Shown: positions 11,101 through 20,605 of the stretch, one piece after another
Position numbering within the stretch: the first letter of the stretch is position 1
Layout of the letters: each line of letters begins with the position of its first letter
Source of the DNA: an uncultured Pseudomonadales bacterium
GTDB lineage: Bacteria; Patescibacteriota; Microgenomatia; UBA1400; Chazhemtobacteraceae
DNA length: 64,000 nt
Assembly: GCA_964422035.1 (NCBI GenBank)
Contig: CAYQZQ010000001.1
Location: 377,013-441,012 of the forward strand
Direction: 5' to 3'
The notes under the pieces: model-generated
Told to the model about the DNA's origin: nothing
Database searches by the model: none
Seen by the model: the letters and a program-made list of their open reading frames with translations, nothing else
Program-made: the position numbers and the translations under genes

Positions 11101-14100
11101 CTTGGATACTGGCATATTGAGTATTTACAAAATCATTTTTTTCACTATCTTCGCCTGCTTGAAGCTCCAGATCTTTTTGTGTTGATGTTAAACTCTTCCA
11201 ATTATCTCTGGTCTCTTCCATGAGGCGATAAAGTCCAGCGACTAAGCCACCGAAATGGAAATAACCGTTCTCATCAGTATGGGTTGAGTTATGAAGAGAG
11301 CATTCACCTTGACTTAAGCATTGATAGAGGTCTATCTGCCAACCCAACACTTTAGTTTGATCTTGATCGGTATCAAGACTGCCATCTTGATCTTCTAGCT
11401 TGTAGCCAGAGATGGAACCGAGGCGGTTGCCAAAATCTTTTTCTATTGGCTGCTCTATAGTTACTTGGACATCGTAGTAGCTAGGGGCTGATGGCTGGGT
11501 TTGCTTCCAACCAGTTTGAAGAATCTCAAGTACCTGATATTCGCCAGGTAGGACCTTAGCTTGATAGTAACCATCTTGATCGGTGGTATAGATTTGATCG
11601 GTGACGTCGTAGATACGGACGGTTAACTGGCCCTGATTGTCGGCATACCATGAGGAGGGGTTGGAGCCGGCGTTATCTTGATCAAAGATTCTGAAGTTAG
11701 CGGTGGAACCCTCACCTTTAATAACTGTCTTGTATAAGTGTGGTGAGTTGTAGCCGCCCCAGACAACATCTTGATCATTGATGACTAGATCAAGTTGTCT
11801 GTCTCCCCGGGTAGGATCATCGGCCATATCAAGCTGAGTGCTCCAAGAATCATCAGAGTAGTATTCGGCATCTACCTGGCGGAATTCTTTATTGGTCCAC
11901 TGCCCTTCTACTTCAATTAAATAGTAGCGGCCGTCTATTAGAGTCTTGGAGCTGTCTTGCCCATTCATATCAGCACTATCTACCTGGAGAGATTCAAAGG
12001 ACTTTTGCTGTTGGGGATGGACTACAATCTGCCAACCTTGGATACCAGGCTCTCCTTGATCTCTGAAACCATCTCCGTCAGCGTCGTTGTATTTGTAGCC
12101 GGATACTTGACCTTTTTGTAAGGCGTTAAAAGCGACACAGTGATAGGTTTCTCCGTATTGAGGATTATTAATCCATTCCCAGTTATCATAGTGGAAGACG
12201 TCACTGTTGCAGTAGAACTCGGAGCTGTAATCATTTTGATCATCTCCACTGAAAGGAATTAGAGGGGAATAACTGTCAGGAAAGACTTCTCTTACCTCAA
12301 TTCTGCTGCCGATTTTATCAAGATTGGAAATCTCTACAGTTTCATGGCTTGCAAAAGTCTGCCATGGATGGCTTAAGAGATCAGTGCTAGTTTCAGTTTG
12401 TTGACTACCCGCTCCTTTAGGTCCCCACTGAAATTGCCACATAGGCTCAATGGAACAACTGGAATGACTGTCGACCCAGTCTTGGGCGGTTGTAGCGGTA
12501 ATATTTGGACCACCTGTTCCCCAGTTGGGTAGGTCGCTTTCCTCTTCACAGACTACTTTAGTAGCTTGGAGTTTAACCGGCGGCTGACATTCGTAGACGT
12601 CAAGCTCTAGTTCACCTTCATTATCACTCATACCACCTTGGTCATCCCAATCGGTACCAAACCAATGATCGTAGCGGTCACCGATTAAGAACTGAACATC
12701 AGAACCGTTTGAGTAGAAGTGTTTAGTATAAACATGTTCTTGATTGTATGGCCCCCAATCTACTACTCCAACATTGCCGGTACCCCAATCACTTAACAAA
12801 GCGTGGGCGGCAAAATCTGAAGTATATGAACCACCGTACAAAGCTTGAAGACCAATATTTGGTTTTAAGTTGGTCCAGCCGTCAATTGAGGTGTAGCCGG
12901 CATCGGCACCAGCCTGTTCTTTGCTGCTGGGAGTAAAAGTGCCTGAAGCTTCTAGTAGATAGTCTTTTCCGGATTCAAAAATGGAAAGCATTATACCGCC
13001 AGGGTCGGTGGAGAAGACGGTGAAAGGTTCTTGATTTACTTTAATCGGATTGGTGCCTGTGGGACACTGGTGCTGACCATCATAGATTGGAACCAGCTGA
13101 CAAGATTGAGTACAGAAGTTTTGACCAGAAATGGTGCCATCTTGACCATCACATTGCTCCTCTGCTTCTTTTATTCCGTTACCGCAAACAGGTAATGGTT
13201 CAGGTTCTCTAGGTTCACAAACTTGCCAAACGGCATCGATAGCATCGATGTCATAGCCATCAGCATTATTAGCATGGAGAGAATAATCGGTGATATCAGT
13301 TAAACGGACATATTGTATCCATGACCAATTGTTCAAACTGGCGATATCTAACAAGCCAACCCCATTACCACCATCTTTGTTGGTAACTTGACCTAAATAC
13401 TGCCAGTTAGTTCCATCTTGACTAACTTCCACCTTGGCTTTTTCAAATGGATATGAGGTTCTTCCGTTGATTATTTCATGGAAAGATAGATCGTGAGCCT
13501 CTTGGTCGATAACTGGATGGACAAATTTAACAGTTAGATCGCCTTCTACTCCGAGGCTAAAAAATTGACTATCTGGGGAACCGAGGGCTGAGTCTGGATT
13601 GGTACGTTCAGAGCTAACAAAGGAGCCATCTTTTCTGGTTCCTTGGTCTGACAAGATAAATTCATCTGCCCAGGCTTTACCTGGGGTACACATTTCTTCA
13701 CACTCATAATCGACAACTTTTATCCAGGTGAAAGCTACTTGGCCGTATTTATCAAAACTACCCCACTCATCATCTAATGATGTAATGGTAATAGTTTGAA
13801 CCCCTGAATAATCACTAACATCAAAGCTGTGAGTTTTCCACTCTTCACTTCCTCCAGTTTCTCCAGAATCAAGCCAGCGATATACAAGATCATTACCAAT
13901 TTTAACTTCAAAAGAATCAGCACCAGAAATACCATCTAAAGCTCGCAGTCGCAGTTCTTTAAGAGGAGAATTGCCAAAATCCAAGATTAGGCTGGCTGAA
14001 GGATCTCCGTCTGGCTCGTAAACAACTTTACAGTTACCATCTTCACAAGGAGTGCCACTTCCCCAGTTTCCACCACTAGCATCAGGCTCAACTGGTCCCC

Positions 14101-15076
14101 AGCCGTTTAAGTTGTATCCTGATTCACTTGTTTCGTCTCCGATGTTGACATAATCAGTTGATTGGTTAGCATAAATTGGATCTCCACAGGCTAATGGTTC
14201 TCCAGAGATATCTTCGAGATCTGGTTGTGTTTTGTGAAATGAGACGTGGGAGATATCTTGACACTCATCACCTTCAGAAACAGTAGCAGTTTGGGTGTTT
14301 AAGCCGGATACATCATGACATGTATCATCCGAAGGTACGTTTACTTTGGTTTGGCCGTACTTAATACAAACTTGATCAATAATATAACCTTGATCAGTAG
14401 TATGTGATTTGCTGGTATCTGAATCAGTCAATTCAAATTTCTGCCAGTCACCACCATGAGGACAGACATTGTTGTCAGTAAAAGTAGTAGAAGCTACCAA
14501 AACTCCACCTAACAAAATCTCAACTAAATAATCAGGTCGATATGTTCCATCTAACTGATAGGAATAAAATAAACCACCGTCTGAGTCGGTGGTTACTTGA
14601 ACTTCATCTCTTACTTTAGGCTCGTCTTGGGAGCTGACTACTAAAGTATAAGTAGTATCTGGTTGATAGTCAGAGCCGGTAATGATAACTGTTTCGCTGG
14701 GAGTATAGTCATCTTTATCAGTATCTAAAGAGGGGTTTAGTTGGGCACTGGATTGACTGTTAGGAGAGTCTTTAAGATCCGGCTGAGTTTGGGGAGTGGG
14801 AGTTGGAGTGGGAGTAACTTCAACTGATTGAGTTGTAGTAACTTCAGGCTCTTTTGTGGGAGTTGGAGTTGGAGTTGGAGTGGGAGTAGTTTCGGTTACT
14901 TCAATGGTTGGGGTGGGAGTGGGGGTAGTTTCTTGGGTAGGTGTAGGGGTTGGTTCACTAGCATATGCACGTGAGGCTAAAATAGGAGAAAGAGTGGAGT
15001 TTAAGATCAAGACACCAGAGAGAGTATAGGAGATAAAGCGGTGCAGGCTTTGGCGCTGTCTTTTGTTGAATATCAA
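8126..15076 (-). CDS. giant surface protein: PT repeats, SdrD-B/CnaB repeats, DUF11-like and Ig domains, internal TM hairpin, C-terminal anchor
   Basis: About six G.K..D...G...GW.I.L...GW.QT.P...FGN repeats; Cys-rich CGNG..E..EQCDG; YTLEVTNNG..PA. Confidence 0.9.
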   Translation of the reverse strand: MIFNKRQRQSLHRFISYTLSGVLILNSTLSPILASRAYASEPTPTPTQETTPTPTPTIEVTETTPTPTPTPTPTKEPEVTTTQSVEVTPTPTPTPQTQPDLKDSPNSQSSAQLNPSLDTDKDDYTPSETVIITGSDYQPDTTYTLVVSSQDEPKVRDEVQVTTDSDGGLFYSYQLDGTYRPDYLVEILLGGVLVASTTFTDNNVCPHGGDWQKFELTDSDTSKSHTTDQGYIIDQVCIKYGQTKVNVPSDDTCHDVSGLNTQTATVSEGDECQDISHVSFHKTQPDLEDISGEPLACGDPIYANQSTDYVNIGDETSESGYNLNGWGPVEPDASGGNWGSGTPCEDGNCKVVYEPDGDPSASLILDFGNSPLKELRLRALDGISGADSFEVKIGNDLVYRWLDSGETGGSEEWKTHSFDVSDYSGVQTITITSLDDEWGSFDKYGQVAFTWIKVVDYECEEMCTPGKAWADEFILSDQGTRKDGSFVSSERTNPDSALGSPDSQFFSLGVEGDLTVKFVHPVIDQEAHDLSFHEIINGRTSYPFEKAKVEVSQDGTNWQYLGQVTNKDGGNGVGLLDIASLNNWSWIQYVRLTDITDYSLHANNADGYDIDAIDAVWQVCEPREPEPLPVCGNGIKEAEEQCDGQDGTISGQNFCTQSCQLVPIYDGQHQCPTGTNPIKVNQEPFTVFSTDPGGIMLSIFESGKDYLLEASGTFTPSSKEQAGADAGYTSIDGWTNLKPNIGLQALYGGSYTSDFAAHALLSDWGTGNVGVVDWGPYNQEHVYTKHFYSNGSDVQFLIGDRYDHWFGTDWDDQGGMSDNEGELELDVYECQPPVKLQATKVVCEEESDLPNWGTGGPNITATTAQDWVDSHSSCSIEPMWQFQWGPKGAGSQQTETSTDLLSHPWQTFASHETVEISNLDKIGSRIEVREVFPDSYSPLIPFSGDDQNDYSSEFYCNSDVFHYDNWEWINNPQYGETYHCVAFNALQKGQVSGYKYNDADGDGFRDQGEPGIQGWQIVVHPQQQKSFESLQVDSADMNGQDSSKTLIDGRYYLIEVEGQWTNKEFRQVDAEYYSDDSWSTQLDMADDPTRGDRQLDLVINDQDVVWGGYNSPHLYKTVIKGEGSTANFRIFDQDNAGSNPSSWYADNQGQLTVRIYDVTDQIYTTDQDGYYQAKVLPGEYQVLEILQTGWKQTQPSAPSYYDVQVTIEQPIEKDFGNRLGSISGYKLEDQDGSLDTDQDQTKVLGWQIDLYQCLSQGECSLHNSTHTDENGYFHFGGLVAGLYRLMEETRDNWKSLTSTQKDLELQAGEDSEKNDFVNTQYASIQGRKYNDVDASGDFEEDERIDQNRLNDWQITLYNDDWSFIDSMTTGDDSTTAGDVDKGQFRFENVVPGTYYVCETPQSGWMQTEPSTGPMHQNGTYCHQVTLTSAEDRGWVQFGNFELGVIQGRKYYDVNTDGIHQNETEERLDGWTVRLYKASGGPGQGVQGQSITGETDNPGQFRFENLTPGDYYVCEVSQQDWTQTGPNEGSEAIDNDGIETGTGTAVANESPNKEQEGPVCWHSQITESGQKNGWLKFGNIDYGYIKGVKWDDLNGNGQREEGEPGVPEWNIFIPGEGEENTANTLTGAQGNYSFQLPPGEYQVCESINGDVIQTYPGGENQCHTVVLEGGDEKTADFGNFTLVTIETRKFNDQNESHMYDSGEEEYLSGWTIRLDKQDSESPPECPDGNVNGEYCELVTDESGNADFTGLTAGTYIISEVLQKGWIQTRPNADYGGEGHQADGSYILKVTSGDDIPERLFGNYAPPELVLTKTNDRKGETLGVGDTILYTLEVTNNGQGPAYDVVIDDTQPPFDHFEIIDNQGTVTAPDDSTQTVTPTGGGENPYQWSIGDIQPGETFTLNFEIKITSVIDGEHTNIAIASGLGGNEEIYESDTVIDPFTIGSSFGVGGSLDIDEGDVLGASTEGEVLGAATGSATRWLILSIALIFGGLLLRLIDKKFFAKLLGLLLVIGIFAGLSTPVLAVDNTAPSIDIVNLPEYKKTDNFKISYSALDAGGSGLDKVILEYHKEGEGWQTLDEFTAHSKTYQITSSEINEEAKFYFKTTAYDNAGNSAFDETSTTVDRTPPPAPNSYSKAKIGPQTYRLQWRNPDHDQSYKVYIYRSDQEGFDAGTGNLIAALDVTADTADSWENAIPQPDQEYFYLMQNIDPAGNKSDLVGDKPQVQTAPQGQPVSEEQFIEGFDYVGSTGTGGQILGAEDQKDTQDQADQNDQDTTSQTETDQATDQQDTQTSQQGFLARYWWAIIITLSFSALVYLLFIS

Positions 15077-15147
15077 GCTTATAACCTTTCTTAAGCTGAT
15101 AATAATATTATAGGTGGCATTTTAGACAATTTTTCTGATTATTGCAA

Positions 15148-15807
15148 CTATTTGTCAACAAATTCAGCAAAAACTAATAATCTTTTGAGGGTAGTTCCAG
15201 GCGGAGAGCAAGTTTGAAGAATTAAGACGTTTCCAGTGGTATTTCTTACATACATAGAGACTTCTTCTGGAGCGACTACCTGTTTATCAACCACTCTATA
15301 GTCATATTGGAGTTTATTGAAAAAGATATGGATTTCATCGCCTTTTTCAAGTTTTCGCAACAGAAAGAAGGGAGCGTTGTAGCTTCTGATGTTGGCAAAA
15401 GAATCGGTAGAGTGACCAAAGATAAAAACGGGGCCGGCCTGATCAGGTAGAGAGCTGTTTTGTGCATGGGCAGCACCGTTCTCCTGCAGGACAGGTAGAT
15501 ACTCCTGTTTGTCGGATGAGTCGATGTTGGGAGCAACTTTGGTATTAATACCGATCTTGGGGACGATAAGGGAAAACTTATAATCTTTGGGGACTAGAGC
15601 TTTTTTTTGCAGTTGATAGTCAAAATCAGAGATGCTGTTGGCTTGTGAGGGCTTGATGATTACATGAGTATCATTATCAGTTAACTGATTTAATCGATAA
15701 TCGACCTCTTGGTTGATAACAGGAAAAAAGATCTTGAAAAGTATGGCAAAACCAATCAAAAAGATAAGCGTACCAACAAAATTGAGATGACGTGTAATGT
15801 AGCCCAC
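15148..15807 (-). CDS. sortase (class D/E-like)
   Basis: N-terminal TM; IFGHS, LILQTC and RLLV give the His/Cys/Arg triad. Confidence 0.9.
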   Translation of the reverse strand: MGYITRHLNFVGTLIFLIGFAILFKIFFPVINQEVDYRLNQLTDNDTHVIIKPSQANSISDFDYQLQKKALVPKDYKFSLIVPKIGINTKVAPNIDSSDKQEYLPVLQENGAAHAQNSSLPDQAGPVFIFGHSTDSFANIRSYNAPFFLLRKLEKGDEIHIFFNKLQYDYRVVDKQVVAPEEVSMYVRNTTGNVLILQTCSPPGTTLKRLLVFAEFVDK

Positions 15808-15911
15808 TAATTTTGATTATATATAGAAGAGAAAAAAATGAAAGTAGAAATACATAGAAAAACCTTTCTTTTGGGAAATTTAATCACAGTGTAGTATTTG
15901 TGCCAGGGAGA

Positions 15912-16565
15912 TTAGTTAGTTTTATGGTGAAACAGGCTTTTGAGTCGATTATGGATGAGGGTGAAAATATAGAAACAAGTTTGGTAAAGAATGGTCAAAT
16001 CTTTTTTTAGGGAGGCGTTTTGCAGGTAGTCAAGATCCATATTCATCCATTGATTGAAACTGACAGAATGGGGACCTTTAGCAACCCAAGTACTGGTAAT
16101 GCCCGGTTTGATGAGGTGGCGCAGTTTTTGATTAGCTGTGAGTTGGTTGGCTTCTTGAATAGGTAAGGGGCGGGGGCCGACCAAGTTCATATTGCCCCTT
16201 AATACATTAAATAGTTGCGGGAGTTCATCGAGGCCGGTTTTGGAAAGAATTTTACCAAAAGAAGTAAAACGGGGATCGTTTCTGGCTTTGAAAACCGGGC
16301 CGTCAGCAAAGTTGAGGTGTTGGTACTTTTTTTGTAGCTGGTGAGAATCGGGATGCATGGTGCGAAATTTGTAGATTTTAAAAGGCTGATTATCTTTACC
16401 GGTGCGTTTTTGGGTAAAAAGAATGGGGCCGTTGGAGGTGAGTTTTATTAGACTGGAAATAAAAATTGAAAGTGGAAACAAAATAATTATTAGTATTATT
16501 GTGAGAAAATAATTAAGGATGACTTTTGTCAATGAATACGAGTATGAGTTGGGTTTGATTTTCAT
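15912..16565 (-). CDS. priming sugar-phosphate transferase (WcaJ/CpsE family)
   Basis: FKIYKFRTM, DPR, LDELPQLFNVLRGNMNLVGPRP, KPGIT. Confidence 0.92.
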   Translation of the reverse strand: MKIKPNSYSYSLTKVILNYFLTIILIIILFPLSIFISSLIKLTSNGPILFTQKRTGKDNQPFKIYKFRTMHPDSHQLQKKYQHLNFADGPVFKARNDPRFTSFGKILSKTGLDELPQLFNVLRGNMNLVGPRPLPIQEANQLTANQKLRHLIKPGITSTWVAKGPHSVSFNQWMNMDLDYLQNASLKKDLTILYQTCFYIFTLIHNRLKSLFHHKTN

Positions 16566-16584
16566 AAGAATCCAGTGATATCCG

Positions 16585-17037
16585 TTAATTTGAGGGTTTT
16601 AGATATATGATTTGGAGCTCATTTTTTTTTGCAACTAGATGTTCCTGCTTGGCTCCTTGTGATTGCTTCCATCCTGGGGTCATAAATATGTGAGAGATGT
16701 ACTTTTGAGGATGACCAATGAGTTCTTTCCAGAAATTGTTCCAGTTTTGCGTTGTGAGATTTTGGGCGTTGATCTGTTCGAATATTTTTTGACTGAAGAT
16801 GTCTGTGGCAGAAAATATGGGATAGTTATGCTTCCGGCGCAATTCAGTCGTGTACTTCTCTAGCATCTTTAAGTTTTTACTGATGTGCTGAGGGCCGTTG
16901 GAGGTGATAATTCCTGATACATAGCCAATATTTTGATATTCATTTTTTCTTAATTGCCTGAATAACTTGAATAGGTTTTTCTTTATGTCTTCGAGGTCGA
17001 TGGAGTGCTGTATTGCGTTCTGTATGACTGTTTGCAT
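16585..17037 (-). CDS. DUF4406-like / nucleoside deoxyribosyltransferase-fold protein
   Basis: YVSGIIT and IFMTPGWKQSQGAKQEH resemble DUF4406 motifs. Confidence 0.6.
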   Translation of the reverse strand: MQTVIQNAIQHSIDLEDIKKNLFKLFRQLRKNEYQNIGYVSGIITSNGPQHISKNLKMLEKYTTELRRKHNYPIFSATDIFSQKIFEQINAQNLTTQNWNNFWKELIGHPQKYISHIFMTPGWKQSQGAKQEHLVAKKNELQIIYLKPSN

Positions 17038-17097
17038 ATTTGTAATATATCAGATTTTCAGTTTAGTTTTGATGTTGATAAATGTATAATGGCGGTT

Positions 17098-18204
17098 ATG
17101 GAAATGATGTCAAATGAGTTTGAAATTACCTTTGATGATGTTCTTTTGTTGCCGAGAAAGGCTACTTTCCCAAGGAGCGATGAGATTGAGGTAGTTGACG
17201 TCTCGACTAAAGTGTCTAAAAATATCGATTTGGATATACCAATTGTTTCTTCTCATATGCCGGGGGTAACTGAGAAAGATATGGCAATTGCTATGAGTAA
17301 TTTGGGCGGGATAGGGTTTATCCATCAGTTTCAAAGCGCAGAGAGACAATTTGAGTTGGTTAAAGAAGCAAAAAAGTTTGGTAAGGTAGCTGTTTCTTTG
17401 GGAAGTGTAGGAGATGAGAACAAGGACAGGATAGAAAAATTATTATCTGTTGGTGCTGATTTGATTTGTCTTTCAACTTATCATTCGTTTTCTGACAAGA
17501 TTCTAAGTGATATCAGAGAGATAAAATCGGTATTTCCAAAGATTGAATTGTCTGCTGGCCCAGTAGTGACTGCAGAAGCGGCTGTAGCATTGGCGGAAGC
17601 TGGTGTGGATAGTGTCAATGTCGGTATCGGTCCCGGGTCTCATTGCACAACTCGACTGGTAACAGGAGTGGGAAGGCCTCAGTTAAGTGCTATCAAGACA
17701 TGTAGTGATGCATTAGAGGAGTATGGTGTACCTGTTGTTGCGGAGGGTGGAGTTAGCAAGGCGGCTGATTTGGCAAAGGCTTTGGTTTTTGGTGCTAGTT
17801 CGGTGATGATAGGCGGTTTGTTTACTGGAACTGATGAATGTCCAGGTTCAGTGGTAAACAGAAGGGGGAAGAAGTATAAGAATACTTGGGGTATGTGCAG
17901 TGATACTTCAATGTCTAATAGACAAGTGGCAATTGTTGAGAGTGATAACAGAGGATTAAAGAGTTTATTAAACAAATGGTTTGATATTGGTAAAGTACAA
18001 TCTGCGAGTAGTATGTTTGAAGAAGGAGTTGAAGGTCTGGTGGAATATAAAGGTAGTGTGGTGACGGTTGTTGATGAATTGATTAGTGGCTTGAGGCGCT
18101 CAATGTGGTATCAGGGAGCTAGAAATATTGGTGAACTGCGAAAAAACGCAAAAGTGGTCTTGGTGTCTAATAATACGTTGGTAGAGAATATTCCTAGGAT
18201 TTAA
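17098..18204 (+). CDS. guaB: IMP dehydrogenase/GMP reductase family protein without CBS domains
   Basis: TFDDVLLLP, GIGPGSHCTTR (catalytic Cys), VMIGGLFTGTDECPG, EGVEG. Start placed 7 nt after TATAAT. Confidence 0.8.
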   Translation: MEMMSNEFEITFDDVLLLPRKATFPRSDEIEVVDVSTKVSKNIDLDIPIVSSHMPGVTEKDMAIAMSNLGGIGFIHQFQSAERQFELVKEAKKFGKVAVSLGSVGDENKDRIEKLLSVGADLICLSTYHSFSDKILSDIREIKSVFPKIELSAGPVVTAEAAVALAEAGVDSVNVGIGPGSHCTTRLVTGVGRPQLSAIKTCSDALEEYGVPVVAEGGVSKAADLAKALVFGASSVMIGGLFTGTDECPGSVVNRRGKKYKNTWGMCSDTSMSNRQVAIVESDNRGLKSLLNKWFDIGKVQSASSMFEEGVEGLVEYKGSVVTVVDELISGLRRSMWYQGARNIGELRKNAKVVLVSNNTLVENIPRI

Positions 18205-18961
18205 GTTTATCGATGTGTTCTTGTGGTACAAAATGTTGTCGCCAAGAATGACTTCGACTTTCTAAAATTTGACGGGTATCAGACTGGCTTACAGAAGAGA
18301 TTATGCCATTTTTAATGTAATAGAATTCTTTAGCAAAGTTGTAGATAAAAAGAGGGATGTGTGAGCTGATAATTGTGGTAATGTTTGATTTTTTTTGAAG
18401 GTGTGAAATTTTCTTGGCTGTTTGGATCTGAAATTCAGTATCTCCTGCAGTAAGAACTTCGTCAATGATCAGAATGTCAGTTTGGCTGTAGATAGCTACG
18501 GCTAATGCTAGGCGAAATTTCATACCAGCTGAATATGTATGAAAGGGGGTTTGGATAAATTGTGAATTGATGCCAGCGAAGTTAAGAATATTGGAAAGAT
18601 TTGTTTTGATGGAAGAAATGTCCATTCCAGCTAGAACTCCGTTTAGATAAATGTTTTGTAGACCATTTAAGTCAGGTTGAAAACCTGAGGTTAGATCCAT
18701 TAAGGTAATAACTTTTCCTCGAACTTTAAGTTGACCGGTATTTGGTTTTGTTATGCCGGCAATAATTTGCAGAAGAGTTGTTTTGCCGGCTCCATTTGGA
18801 CCAAATATTCCGATGTTTGAGCCCGGTTTAATGTTGAGACTGACATTTTTTATTGCCCAAAATTCTTGTTTAGAAGTTTTTGAGAATAACTTAAACAATT
18901 TTGGTTTTTTAAGTTGGTATTTCTTACCTATGTTTTTTAGTTCGATGATGTTTTTGGCCAT
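18194..18961 (-). CDS. wzt: polysaccharide ABC exporter ATPase (Wzt/TagH)
   Basis: GPNGAGKTT, YSAGMKFRL, IIDEVLTAGD. Confidence 0.9.
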   Translation of the reverse strand: MAKNIIELKNIGKKYQLKKPKLFKLFSKTSKQEFWAIKNVSLNIKPGSNIGIFGPNGAGKTTLLQIIAGITKPNTGQLKVRGKVITLMDLTSGFQPDLNGLQNIYLNGVLAGMDISSIKTNLSNILNFAGINSQFIQTPFHTYSAGMKFRLALAVAIYSQTDILIIDEVLTAGDTEFQIQTAKKISHLQKKSNITTIISSHIPLFIYNFAKEFYYIKNGIISSVSQSDTRQILESRSHSWRQHFVPQEHIDKLKS

Positions 18962-18972
18962 TTGCTTTTGTT

Positions 18973-19755
18973 TTACAAGTAATCAACGAGAAATGGTTTA
19001 AATTTTTTATGTACGAAGTGGCTAGTGAATAATATCAAAAGAGTAAGGGCAAGATTGCAGGCATAAACGGGTATTGGTAATAACTGGGTGAAGGAGAGAC
19101 TATAGTGAATAAGATTAATAATACCGGACAAGGGGTTAAGAAAGAGAATGAATTGAAACTTTTGAGGTATTTGGCCAGCACTATAGATAATGGGGGTAGC
19201 GTAAAACCAGAGGGGAATTGTTCCCTTTATGATGTAGATTAGGTCTCTAAATTGGACTGTAAGTGTTGAGATAAGCAAGCTTAAATAATAAGTAATGGTG
19301 AATAACCATAAAAGTGCCAAGAAGAAAAAGAGAGGGTGTAGTTGAAGGTTAAAAGGTGAAATAATGATAAAGATAAATAACAAAAATAGAGAAATTATCA
19401 GATTTATTAATTTGATATTAAGATTAGATAGGGTTAAGAAATTTGGGGGGAGAAAAGGCTTTGAGAACAGTTGTCTATTATTAAGAAAAGTATGAGTCGA
19501 CTGGCTAATAGTTCGAGAGAAAAAAATCCAGGGGATAGTGCCAGTTAATAAATATGAAAAATAGTGATTAATAGGAGTTTGTGAAATGAATTTAAAGACA
19601 AATCCCAAGACAGTGATTTGAGCGACAGGGTCAATAATGGCCCATATTAAGCCTAGGAAGGTGTTTTGGTATTGAAGTTTAAAGTTACTTTTAGTTAGTA
19701 TGTAGAGCAGGTCTATCTGGTAAGGAAGTGAGGTACCGTTGGTTTTCATATTCAT
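18973..19755 (-). CDS. wzm: polysaccharide ABC exporter permease (Wzm/TagG)
   Basis: Y..TFLG..W...P, FRDL, WFYATPIIY, NPL. Confidence 0.9.
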   Translation of the reverse strand: MNMKTNGTSLPYQIDLLYILTKSNFKLQYQNTFLGLIWAIIDPVAQITVLGFVFKFISQTPINHYFSYLLTGTIPWIFFSRTISQSTHTFLNNRQLFSKPFLPPNFLTLSNLNIKLINLIISLFLLFIFIIISPFNLQLHPLFFFLALLWLFTITYYLSLLISTLTVQFRDLIYIIKGTIPLWFYATPIIYSAGQIPQKFQFILFLNPLSGIINLIHYSLSFTQLLPIPVYACNLALTLLILFTSHFVHKKFKPFLVDYL

Positions 19756-19807
19756 GGAATATTATAGCCTACATTTTAGATACAAGTTTCTGTTAAACTA
19801 AGAAGAT

Positions 19808-20605
19808 ATGATTAGATCAGTAAAAAAAATATATGGTGCAATAAGGTTGAATATGGGGATCAAAAAATGGTTAGAGAGAAACTTGTGGTGGAAGCTGTAT
19901 GTAAGACTGCAAAGATATTTTTATAAAAAAATTGTTTTTCATTACGGGGCTGATTATAGATGGAATGATCAGAAATCACAGAATTTAGATAAAAAGAATT
20001 TTAATTTTGGTTATGGCTTAATTCATTATGCTCTTATAAGAAATCAAAGACCCAAAAGGGTTTTGTGTGTAGGTTCAATGTACGGATATATTCCTTATAT
20101 GATGGCCAAGGCTTGTGAGGATAATGGGAAAGGACAGGTGGATTTTGTAGATGCTGGATATGACATGCAGGAGAGTGACGGGACTGGTGAGCATAATTAC
20201 GGGCAAGGTTTTTGGCGAAATGAAAATGCAAAGGATCATTTTGATTATTTGCTTGATAGAGAGAGAGTTAACTTATACGTAATGACGGATAAGGAGTTTG
20301 TACAAAAATATGACTATAAGTATGACTATGTGTATCTAGATGGTGATCATAGATATAAGGGAGCCAAAAGAGCTTTTGAGTTGTTTTGGCCTAGGTTAAA
20401 CGAGGAGGGTTTTATTTGTTTGCATGATATTCATTTTGAAGCGGAATCCAAAGGTGTCAAGTTTGAGCAGTGGAAGTTGTGGCAAGACATAATAGGCGAT
20501 GATGAGTATGAATATAAGTTTGAGCTATCGAACCATTATTCAGGTTTGGGGTTTGTACAAAAGATTACTAAGCCTAGGAAAAGGTTTAAAAAGAAGTTTG
20601 ACTAG
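19808..20605 (+). CDS. class I SAM methyltransferase (Methyltransf_24-like)
   Basis: VLCVGSMYG, YLDGDHRY, LHD. Confidence 0.85.
   Translation: MIRSVKKIYGAIRLNMGIKKWLERNLWWKLYVRLQRYFYKKIVFHYGADYRWNDQKSQNLDKKNFNFGYGLIHYALIRNQRPKRVLCVGSMYGYIPYMMAKACEDNGKGQVDFVDAGYDMQESDGTGEHNYGQGFWRNENAKDHFDYLLDRERVNLYVMTDKEFVQKYDYKYDYVYLDGDHRYKGAKRAFELFWPRLNEEGFICLHDIHFEAESKGVKFEQWKLWQDIIGDDEYEYKFELSNHYSGLGFVQKITKPRKRFKKKFD

Noticed and set aside
14780-14955. Tandem GGAGTT/GGGGTA-like repeats as a CRISPR or VNTR
   Set aside because: They encode Pro-Thr linkers. No repeat-spacer array or cas genes were seen in the window.
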